Of a stretch of DNA of 64,000 bases, positions 10,335-19,545 are shown in pieces. Location of the stretch: contig CAWJKR010000008.1 of NCBI GenBank assembly GCA_963843505.1, positions 465,922-529,921 of the forward strand, given 5' to 3'. Source of the stretch: Candidatus Aminicenantes bacterium. GTDB lineage: Bacteria > Acidobacteriota > Aminicenantia > Aminicenantales > Saccharicenantaceae. Made by a program: the position numbers and the translations under genes. Position 1 is the first letter of the stretch; the number at the start of each line of letters is the position of its first letter. Below the pieces are notes generated by a model that saw nothing but the letters and a program-made list of their open reading frames with translations, was not told the origin of the DNA and did not search any database.

Positions 10335-11807
10335 TCAAGGCCGCCCGGCGGCCTCCTGAGCGACGGCCGCGTCGCACGCGGCCTTGCGCTTCCCGTAGGC
10401 CGGGATGATCTTGAGGCAGATGACGAGCAGGACCGCGATCACGGCGACGTTGAGGAGCGCGTAGCGCTCGATCCGCAGCCCCAGGAGCTGGGTCCCGGCC
10501 AGGACGGCCAGGGCCGAGAGGGTATCGCCGCCGCGGACGAAGAAGGTGTCGATGGCCGCCTTGGCCTTGTACTTCTCCTCCCTCTTGGTGACCAGGAACA
10601 GGGCCGCCTTGGTCGTGTTCTGCAGGGAGTAGTCCGTGCCGTTCTCCAGGGACTTGACCCAGCGGACGAGGACGAGCGTGGCCCCGAAGGAGATCAGGGC
10701 GTAGCCGCCGAGGGCCAGGATCGGCAGGAAGAGGAGGGCGCCTCCGACCCCGATCCACTTGAAGATCCTGGAGACGAACAAGAGCTGGATGATGAGCGCG
10801 ATGAGGTTCGTCAGGAACTGGTAGTTCATGAAGGCGTTGTGGATGGCCTTGCTCTCGGTCTGGCCCGGCAGGACCGGCGGCGCGGCGGGGGCGCTTCCCC
10901 GGCAGGCTCGCCGCCGCTTGGGCCGGGACCGCGGCCGCCTTCGCCTCGGTCGTCTCGATCGATCGATTGACCGTCACGGCGGTGATGATGAACTCCCCGG
11001 TCGCGTTGACGAAATTGTAGAGGCCGATCATGACCGCGATGAGCAGGAGATAGCGGCTCTTGAAGACCAGCCTGAAGCCGCCGCCGGCCTTGAGGGGCTG
11101 TTCCTGGACGAGGGGCTTTTCGGCCGGCCCCGGCCGGGCCCTCGCCCCGCTCCGCGCGGGACCTCCGGACGTCGCGGCCGTGGATCGTCCGGGCCAGGAC
11201 GATGCAGAGGAAGAGCACGATCCCGGCGATGAGCATGAGCTTGAACTCCCAGCTCCCGCCCAGGATGTCCCTCAGCCTGCGCATGAACGGCAGGGTCGCG
11301 ATGAGGCCGCCCAGGGTCGCGCCCAGCGCGACGAGCGGGAAGGTCCGCTTGCCGGCCTCGTCGGAATAGAGGTCGTTGGCGAAGCCCCAGAACTGGGCGA
11401 TGACGAAGTAGTTGAAGATGCCGACCCAGATGTAGAACAGGATCCCCATCGGCTTGACGGCCATGCCGCCGGCGTGCAGGACGTAGAAGATGACGAGGTT
11501 GGAGATGAAGAACGGTGGTCGTCCAGGTGATGAGGACGTGGCGGGGGACGCGGGAGGCCAGGCGGCTGAAGGCCTTGATGACGAAGACGAACAGGACGGC
11601 CTGCGCCCCGCCGAGGACGCTCTTGACGACGGGGGAGTCCTTGTCGACGAGCAGGAGCGATTCGCGCAGGGGTTTCAGGATGTAGTAGGCGAGGAGCAGG
11701 AGAAAGACGTTCAGGGCCAGGAGGAGGGCCTTGGGCGCTTCGCCGTGGCGGATGTCGGCGAACAGGCGGAGGAACCTGTAGCCGGGATTGTAGCGCGGTT
11801 CGGCCAT
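10335..11807 (-). CDS. TLC/NTT-family ATP:ADP translocase no. 2; 2 or more apparent frameshifts.
   Basis: N-terminus MAEPRYNPGYRFLRLF...LAYYILKPLRESLLLV (TLC N-terminal signature, compare YxILRDxKDxLV). Middle YIWVGIFNYFVIAQFWGFANDLYSDEAGKRTFPLVALGATLGG (compare the TLC consensus FWSFANDIY). C-terminal MNYQFLTNLIALIIQLLFVSRIFKWIG. ATG at 11807 with AAAGGGGA SD. Confidence 0.65.
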
Positions 11808-11827
11808 CGCTTCCCCTTTCCGCACGA

Positions 11828-13699
11828 TCAAAAGAGGACGTTCGCTTCGCCGAGGCTCTTGATCATCATCCGGAGACGCCTGACGATGAAGGTGCGCCGC
11901 GTATTGAGCGCCCCGATCTCCTCCGGTCCGAGATAGCGGCCGAGGTAGGCGGAGACGGTCCGGTCCTCCCAGCCGAGGAGCCGCCGGTAGAGGAGCCGGG
12001 AGCATCGCCGGATCTCGCAGCCGGGGGCGTCCCCCGTCTTCGGGGCGAAGGCCTCGGAGAAGTCGACGTGGTAGATCCGGCCGTCCTCGCTGACCAGCGT
12101 GTCCTTGTCGTTCCGGCAGTCGTCATAGACGAGGGCCTGGAACACGACGAGGTCGGCCAAGGCGCGTTCGAAGGCCTCGGGGTCAGGCGGGACGGCCTTC
12201 TTGTCCCGGAAATCGGCCAGGGACCGGGCGTCGGAGATGAAGGCCTGCAGGGCCCCCGGAACATCCTCGACGGTCCGCTCGACGATCGGCGGGACGTAGG
12301 AGAGGCCGAGGTACTTGTTCAGCGCGTAGGCGGCCAGATCGTACCGGAAGCTGTCGGCGAGCGGATCGGGCCGCCGCCGGTCGATGTACCTGAACAGGGC
12401 CTCGAGAACGGTCCCCTGCGATTCCAGAGCGTGAGCCGCCAGGCGTCGGTCCGGCCGCCGGGCCCGGGGCCGCGCCCGGTGACGGCCGCCGTCCGCAGGA
12501 ACGTCTCCATCTCCCGGGTCATCAGGGGCTTCGGCGGCGGGCGGCGGATGCCGCTGCGCGCGGCCACCTCCTCGGTCTCGCCCCAGACCCGGAATTCGCC
12601 GTGGTCGTAGATGAGGGCCGAGGGGACGCCGCCGTAGCTCCCGGAGGAAATGCCGGTGTCCATGATCCAGATCTTGTCCTGGAAGCGGGAGACGCTCCTG
12701 CGGTCGACGGTCGGGCTCGCGCCGCTCGGAAAAGCGGAAGTAATTGTGCCCGACGACGATGGCCCGGGCCCCGAGGTTGGCCAGGGTCCGGTCGATCTCG
12801 GCCTGGGCCGCGGCCTCGTTCTTGGTGGCCAGGCCCCGGAACCAGAGCGGGCTGTCCGGGTTGTAGACGAGCCGGGGGTGGAACGGCTTGCCGTATTGCC
12901 GGGGATTGCGCATGCGCCCCTGGAAGAACTCGAGCTCGGAGCGCATGACCTGGTTGATCTCGCGGATCGGCCACTTGGAGAAGGCCTCGCTGACGCCGCC
13001 GTGGGCATAGATGACGTCGTTGATCTTGATGACCGTGTTCTTCTTGATGAGCCAATCCCCGCAGGCCTCGTTGAAGCCCAGGACATAGGCGCGCATGGCG
13101 TCCGGGTCCTTGGCGGCCATGATCTTCCGCCAGAATTCGGCCAGGCGATCGTCGGCGTGGACGTCGAGGCCTTCGATCTCGGCCCGCTTCCTGTCCTCGT
13201 CGGAGAGCGTCTTGAGGTACTCGGCCTGCCTCTCGCGGCGGAAATCCTCGGGCAGGAACGAGACGAACTGCTCCACGGTGACGTAGTCCGGATAGTCGAG
13301 GGCGATGCCGGTGATGTTCATCTCCTCGTGGTTGCCGAGGAGCATGTGGACCATGCCGCCGGCGGCGGCCGCTTCCTTCTCGAGGCGCATGAGGAGCTCG
13401 AGGATCTCCTTGGCCCGGGGGCCCCGGTCCACGACGTCGCCGAGCTGGACGAGATGGGTCTTGCCGCCCGTCCAGTGGAGGTCGTCGTCGATGAGGCCGA
13501 CCTGCGGGTGGGCGAGGATGAAGACGAAGCGGTCGTAGTCGCCGTGGAGGTCGGCGACGGCCACGACCCGGTCGACGCCCGTCCATTCGAAGGGGATGTC
13601 GGCGGCGGGGGTGAGCCGGGGCAAGACGGCGAGGGCCAGAAGGAGGAGGAAGAACGGCCGGCGCCTCCGGCGAACCTCTCTGCGGCTGGTCATCGGCAT
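11828..13699 (-). CDS. Secreted fusion of a calcineurin-like metallophosphoesterase and a PI4KII-like kinase fold, paralog C; 1-2 frameshifts in the middle.
   Basis: N-terminus MPMTSRREVRRRRRPFFLLLLALAVLP (signal, possibly Tat-like RR). MPP motifs: VAVADLHGDYDRF, GDVVDRGP, GNHE, YAHGG. C-terminal half: FRYDLAAYALNKYLGLSYVPPIVERT; FQALVYDDCRNDKDTLVSEDGRIYHVDFSEAF (DxxxN loop plus DFS, a DFG-like motif); tail ...LGPEEIGALNTRRTFIVRRLRMMIKSLG paralogous to A and B. Confidence 0.6.
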   Translation of the reverse strand: MPMTSRREVRRRRRPFFLLLLALAVLPRLTPAADIPFEWTGVDRVVAVADLHGDYDRFVFILAHPQVGLIDDDLHWTGGKTHLVQLGDVVDRGPRAKEILELLMRLEKEAAAAGGMVHMLLGNHEEMNITGIALDYPDYVTVEQFVSFLPEDFRRERQAEYLKTLSDEDRKRAEIEGLDVHADDRLAEFWRKIMAAKDPDAMRAYVLGFNEACGDWLIKKNTVIKINDVIYAHGGVSEAFSKWPIREINQVMRSELEFFQGRMRNPRQYGKPFHPRLVYNPDSPLWFRGLATKNEAAAQAEIDRTLANLGARAIVVGHNYFRFSERREPDRRPQERLPLPGQDLDHGHRHFLRELRRRPLGPHLRPRRIPGLGRDRGGGRAQRHPPPAAEAPDDPGDGDVPADGGRHRARPRARRPDRRLAAHALESQGTVLEALFRYIDRRRPDPLADSFRYDLAAYALNKYLGLSYVPPIVERTVEDVPGALQAFISDARSLADFRDKKAVPPDPEAFERALADLVVFQALVYDDCRNDKDTLVSEDGRIYHVDFSEAFAPKTGDAPGCEIRRCSRLLYRRLLGWEDRTVSAYLGRYLGPEEIGALNTRRTFIVRRLRMMIKSLGEANVLF

Positions 13700-13816
13700 C
13701 TCCCTCCTTTATAGCCGTTTCCCCGGGGCGAATCAAGGGCGCTCCGGTTTGACTCGCCGGCGCCCGTCCTGTTATCCTGAGCGGGCCGGCGACTCCCGAG
13801 CGGAAGGAGCGAGACC

Positions 13817-15186
13817 ATGAACGGACGAACGAGCTTCGCGGCCATCGTGACGGGGAGGCGGGCGCGGAAGGTCCTGCCCGTCCTCGGGCTGGCCCTGGCG
13901 CTGGGCCTCGCTCTCACGGGATGCGGCGGGCCCGAGCGGCCGGCCGCGCCGCGGCCGGCGGCCGTGGTCAAGGTCAAGCCCGGGGTCGAGGTCTTCCTCG
14001 AAAAGCACCTCGACCTGGTCAAGGGCAAGCGGGTCGGGCTCATCACCAACCCGACGGGCACGGACGCGGCGCTGCGGTCGACGATCGACCTCTTCCGGGC
14101 CGAATCCGGGGATCGATCTCGTCGCCCTCTACGGCCCCGAGCACGGCGTCCGCGGCAACGCCCAGGCCGGCGAATACGTGCCGTTCTACCTACGACGAGA
14201 AGTTCAAGCTCCCCGTGTTCAGCCTCTACGGGCAGTCCTTCAAGCCCGACCCGGGCATGATCAAGAACATCGACGAGTACATGCGCTCGTTCGACACGAA
14301 GGAGACCGGCAAGGTGCCGGAGGCGGCCATGGTCAAGGGGATCGACGTCCTCGTCTTCGACATCCAGGACGTCGGGACGCGCGTCTACACGTACATCGCG
14401 ACGATGGCCTACGCCATGCAGGCCGCGGCCGAAGCCGGCATCGATTTCATCGTCCTCGACAGGCCGGCGCCCGTCAACGGCGTCGACATGGAGGGGGCCA
14501 TCCTCGAGTACCCCGAGTTCAGCTCCTTCGTCGGGCTGTTCCCGATCCCCCTGAGGTTCGGCATGACGGTCGGCGAGCTGGCCAGGCTGTTCAACGACAA
14601 GTTCCTGGCCCACACGGCCAAGCTGACGGTCATCCCCATGGAAGGCTGGAAGCGGGCCATGTGGTTCGACGAGACCGGCCTGCCCTGGGTCATCCCGTCG
14701 CCGAACATGCCGACCCTCGACACGGCGACCGTCTACCCGGGGCTGGTGGCGATCGAGGGAACGAACATGTCCGAGGGCCGGGGGACGACGCGGCCGTTCG
14801 AGCAGTTCGGGGCGCCGTGGATCGACGGCAACGAGCTGGCGGCGCGGCTGAACGCCCTGGCCCTGCCGGGGGTCCGTTTCCGCGAGGCCTGGTTCACGCC
14901 CTGGTTCTCCAAGTTCCAGGGCGAGCTCTGCGGCGGCTGCCAGGTCCACGTGACCGACCGGGCGGCCTTCCGGTCCGTCGCCGCGGTCCTCCACATCGTC
15001 AAGACCGTGCGCGACATGTACCCGGACAAGTTCGCCTTCCACGCCGATTACTTCGACAAGGTCATGGGCACGGCCTCGGTCCGCAAGGCCCTCGAAGCGG
15101 GGTCCGACGCGGCGGCGATCCTGGGCAACATCCAGCCCGGCCTGGACGCCTTCGCCTCCCTCCGCAAGGCCTATCTGCTATATTAG
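13817..15186 (+). CDS. DUF1343-family lipoprotein (exo-beta-N-acetylmuramidase NamZ-like); 2 apparent frameshifts.
   Basis: Lipobox LALGLALTGC. GLITNPTGTDAALRSTIDLF...LYGPEHGVRGNAQAGEY...IDVLVFDIQDVGTRVYTYIATM... matches DUF1343. Indels at tccGGGGatc (14100) and ttctacCtacgac (14190). Confidence 0.65.
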
Positions 15187-15214
15187 AGTATCATCCGACA
15201 AGGAGACCGACGTC

Positions 15215-16787
15215 ATGGCGATGAAGACTCCCCGATACGCCTTGGGCAACCCTCTGTCCCTCATCCTCGACAAGCCGGCCGCGGATTTCACCCGGGCGGA
15301 TCTCATCCGGGTCATCGAGGCGAAACAGATCGAGCGCGTCACCTTCCATTACCTGGCCATCGACGGGAAGCTCAAAGAGCTCACCGTTCCCGTGACGGAC
15401 CGCGCCCGCCTGGAATCCCTCCTGGCCGAAGGGGAGCGCGTCGACGGCTCGTCGCTCTTCAAGGGCATGGTCGACATGGCGCTTTCGGACCTCTACATCG
15501 TCCCCGTCTACCGTTCGGCCTTCTTCAACCCGTTCGACGAGGGCAGCCTCGATTTCGTCTGCCGCTACCTGACCCAGGACGGCACGCCCGCTCCCTTCAC
15601 CTGGGACGGCATCCTGGCCCGGGCCGCCGGCCTCTTCCGCGACCACGACGGGCCTCGAGCTCAAGGCCATGGGCGAGCTCGAGTTCTTCCTGGTCACGAC
15701 GCCCGCCGACAGGTCCTATCCGGTCGAGAACCACCGCGGCTACCACGGCTCGGCGCCGTTCGCCAAGAGCGGGCCGATCCTTCACGAGATGGTCGCCAAC
15801 ATCTCCCGCGTGACCGGGGCCGTCAAGTACGCCCACAGCGAGAACGGCGTCATCGAATCCGTCAAGAGCGATCTTCCGGAGATCGAGGGGCGCCTGGCCG
15901 AGCAGCTCGAGATCGAATTCCTGCCCCGGCCCATCGAGGAGACGGCCGACAACCTCGTCCTGGGCCGCTGGATCATCCGCAACACGGCCTTCCGTCACGG
16001 CGCCGTGGCCACGTTCACGCCCAAGCTCGAGGAAGGGGTCGCCGGCAGCGGCCTGCACTTCCACCTCGAGCTGGCCAAGAACGGGCGGAACATCATGCGC
16101 GGCGCGGACGGCAAGCTCTCCGTCGAGGCCCGCAAGCTCATCGGCGGCCTCTGCGACTACGCCGAATCCCTGACCGCCTTCGGCAACACCGTCTCCTCGG
16201 CCTACCTGCGGCTCGTCCCCAACCAGGAGGCCCCGACCCGGATCTGCTGGAGCGACCTCAACCGCAGCGCCCTCATCCGCGTCCCGCTCGGCTGGGCCGG
16301 CGCCTCCGGACTGGCCCGGCGCGTCAATCCCGCGGAAACGGACGATTTCGTCGACGAGAGCGGCGGCCGCCAGACCGTCGAGATCCGCAGCCCCGACGGC
16401 AGCGCCATCATCCACCTGACCCTGGCCGGCATCGCCATGGCCGCCAATTGGGCCTTCGGGAGCGACAAATCCCTCTTCAAGGACTCGGCGCCCCTCGAGC
16501 TGGCCGACAGCCTCTACGTCAAGGGCAACATCTTCGCCGACAAGGAGCTGCTCAAGCGCCTGCCCGTCCTGCCCGCGAGCTGCGTCGAATCGAGCCGGGT
16601 CCTTCTCGAGAAGCGGGACCTCTACGAGCGCGACGGCGTCTTCCCGCCGAGCGTCATCGATTACATCGCCCGAACGCTCCAGGCCGAGGACGACGAGTTC
16701 ATGAACAAGAGGCTGGCCGACCTGCCGGCCCACGACCGGCTCCACGAGATCCGCCAGATCATGCACAAGGACCTGCACAAGCACTGA
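15215..16787 (+). CDS. Glutamine synthetase family protein (GS catalytic domain); one frameshift near 15650.
   Basis: ...GSGLHFHLELAKNGRN...RLVPNQEAPTRICWSDLNRSALIRVP... Gln-synt_C-type motifs. AGGAGA SD before ATG 15215. Confidence 0.6.
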
Positions 16788-16788
16788 G

Positions 16789-17856
16789 ATGAGCGCGAAA
16801 CCGGACGCCATGACCTCGCGGGAGCGCTGGCTGGCCCTCTTCGCCCGCCAGAAGCCCGACCGCGTCCCGACCGACTACTGGGCGACGCCCGAGTTCGACC
16901 GCAAGCTGATGAAGCGCCTCGGCTGCCGGCACCCGCCGCCGGATGCTCGACACGCTCGGCGTCGACTACGAGGTCCATCTCGAGCCCCGCTACGCGGGCC
17001 CGCGCCGGCCCCGCATGCAGGACGAGTTCGGCCGCCGCTTCCGGAGCGTCGATTACGGGACCGGCTCCTACCGCGAGTGCATCCACTTTCCGCTGGCCGG
17101 CTTCAAGTCCGTCGCCGAGATCGAGAAGAATTACGTCTGGCCCACGGCCGACTGGTGGGACTTCACGGACATCCCGGCCCAGGCCCGCCGGCAACGAGAC
17201 CCATCCCATCCGCGGCGGCGGCTCGGAGCCCTTCCTCATCTACAAGGAGCTCCGCGGCATGGAGCAGGCCTTCGTCGACCTCGTCGAGAACCCCGAGATC
17301 GTCCATTACTGCCTGGGCAAGCTCTTCGACCTGGCCTACGAGAACGCGCGTCCGGATCTACGAGGCCATCCCGGGCCGCGTGGACATCTCCTACGTCGCC
17401 GAGGACATGGGCGGCCAGACCGACCTGATGATCTCGGTCCGCCACATCCGCGAGTTCCTCCTGCCCGGCATGAAGCGGATGATCGATCTCGCCCACCAGG
17501 CCGGCGCCCACGCCTTCCACCACAACGACGGCAGCTGCTGGCGCATCGTCCCCGACATGATCGGCCTCGGCATCGATCTCCTGAACCCGCTCCAGTGGCG
17601 CTGCCCGGGCATGGAGCGCGAGCGGCTCAAGACGGAATTCGGCCCCCACGTCGTCCTCCACGGCGGCATGGACAACCAGTACACGCTGCCGTTCGGGACG
17701 GTCGACGACGTCCGGCGCGAGGTCGAGGACAACCTGCGCATCCTCGGCGCCGGCGGCGGCTACATCCTCGCCCCCTGCCACAACATCCAGGCGATCACGC
17801 CGGTCGAGAACGTCCTGGCCATGTACGAGGCCGCCCGAGAGTTGGGCAGAACCTAG
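16789..17856 (+). CDS. Uroporphyrinogen decarboxylase (URO-D) family protein (MtaA/CmuA-like methyltransferase fold); 3 or more frameshifts.
   Basis: ...VAEDMGGQTDLMISVRHIREFLLPGMKRMIDLAHQAGAHAFHHNDGSCWRIVPDMIGLGIDLLNPLQW...YILAPCHNIQAITPVENV... ATG at 16789 overlaps the upstream stop (TGAGATG). Confidence 0.6.
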   Translation: MSAKPDAMTSRERWLALFARQKPDRVPTDYWATPEFDRKLMKRLGCRHPPPDARHARRRLRGPSRAPLRGPAPAPHAGRVRPPLPERRLRDRLLPRVHPLSAGRLQVRRRDREELRLAHGRLVGLHGHPGPGPPATRPIPSAAAARSPSSSTRSSAAWSRPSSTSSRTPRSSITAWASSSTWPTRTRVRIYEAIPGRVDISYVAEDMGGQTDLMISVRHIREFLLPGMKRMIDLAHQAGAHAFHHNDGSCWRIVPDMIGLGIDLLNPLQWRCPGMERERLKTEFGPHVVLHGGMDNQYTLPFGTVDDVRREVEDNLRILGAGGGYILAPCHNIQAITPVENVLAMYEAARELGRT

Positions 17857-17887
17857 AGTCGGACAGCCCTCTTTTCTTGGATAGGGC

Positions 17888-19409
17888 TAGCCGGCCAGGG
17901 CCGAGCGGCGGGCCTCGAAATCCCGCACGAGCCCTCTCCAGAGGTCGTTGAATCGCCCTTGGAGGTCCGCGTAAAGCGACGACGTTCTTCGGGTCGGGCT
18001 CCGCGGCCAGCTTGTCCTTGGCCACCCATCTCGCGGCGATGGCGGCGATGTCCGCCTGTTCGCCCTCGGCCAACCGCCAGTTCCAGACCGATTGAAGCGC
18101 CGCCCCGTAGGCGGCCGCCTCGGCCTCTCGGAGCGTCACGACCGGCGCGCCGAAGATGTCGGCGACGATCTGGAGCCAGAGCCGGCTCTTCGCGCCGCCC
18201 CCGGTCGCCCGGATCTCGCCCGGCTTCAGGCCGAGCTCCCGCATGCGCGCGAAACCGTAGCCCAGGTTGAGGACCGCGCCTTCCATGATCGCCCTGACGA
18301 TGTGCGCGGCGTCGAACGATCGCCGGTCGAGGCCGAAGAGAACGGCGCTCGAGAAGGGGAGGGCGGGCACCCGCTCGCCGTCGACGAACGGCAGGAACAT
18401 GAGCCCGCCCGCGCCCGGCCCGGCCCGCCGCGCCAGCCGGTCGAGCCTGGCGTTATCGAGCTTGAAGAGCGACTTGGCGATCTCGGTCGTGTTGGTGACG
18501 TTCATGGTGCACAGCAGCGGCAGCCAGCCGCCCGTGCTGTCGCAGAAGGCCGCGATCTCGCCGGCGGGGTCGACGAAAGGCCGGTCGAAGTGGGAATAGA
18601 CCGTGCCCGACGTTCCCAAGCTGAGCGTGCAGACGCCCGGCGCGACGTTCCCGGTCCCGATCGCGCCCATCATGTTGTCCCCGCCGCCCGCTCGCGACGA
18701 GGACGCGGCCGAAGCCGAAGCGGGCCGCCACGGGCTTTTTCATGAGCCCGACGGGCTCGCGCGGGTGGCTGAGCGGCGGGAGCTTGGCGGCCAGGTCCGG
18801 GTCGATCGCGGCCGCCGCCCCCTCGTCCCAACGGAGCCGGCGGATGTCCATGAGCCCGGTGCCGGACGCGTCGCCGTATTCCATGTGGGCCCGGCCCGTC
18901 AGCCAATGGTTCAGGTAGTTGTGGGGGAGGAGGACGGTCGCCAGCCGGGCGAAGCTCTTCGGCTCATGCTCTTTCAGCCAGAGGATCTTCGACGCCGTGA
19001 AGCCCACGGCCAAGCTGATGCCAAGGCGGGCGATGACCTCGCCCGTCCCGCCGAGCGCGGCCACGATGGCCTTCGTCTCCTCGATGGTCGAGGTGTCGTT
19101 CCAGAGCTTGGCCGGCCGGATGACCCGGCCCTTCGCGTCGAGCGGGACGAAGCCGTGCTGCTGGCCCGAGACGCCCAGCGCGACGACCTTCCCCGGGTCG
19201 ACGCGGGCCGCCTTCAGGGCCGCGGCCAGGGCTTTCTCCGCGGCGCCGACCCAGACCGCCGGGTCCTGCTCGCTCGCGCCCGGCCCGAGGCCCTCGATCA
19301 TGGCGTGGGGGGCCTGGCCGCGGCCGAGGACGCGCCCGGAATCGGCGTCAACGACCAGCGCCTTGGTCCCCTGGGTCCCGGAATCGATGCCGACGGCGTA
19401 TTGGGGCAT
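17888..19409 (-). CDS. xylB: Xylulokinase (FGGY carbohydrate kinase); 2 frameshifts.
   Basis: MPQYAVGIDSGTQGTKALVVD...LWNDTSTIEE...GAIGTGNVAPGVCTLSLGTSGTVYSHF...ATGGGAKSRLWLQIVADIFGAPV... FGGY N- and C-domain motifs. Repaired C-terminus ...LYADLQGRFNDLWRGLVRDFEARRSALAG*. Confidence 0.7.
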
Positions 19410-19545
19410 TTTCGACCTCGCTCACCCCGATTCTATGGGAGCGCCCGCGGGGGTGTCAAACGGGGAATTTCGAGGGGGGACCCCGTTTTCTTGACAATTC
19501 AATAAGCGTCCGTCTTAATAGACTAAATATGAGAATAGGCAATAG

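Noticed and set aside
8455-11031. 858-aa minus ORF spanning three genes.
   Set aside because: It is a composite that passes in and out of the true frames of PI4K-like paralogs A and B and NTT no. 2. Only segments of it are real, and I reassigned them to the individual genes.
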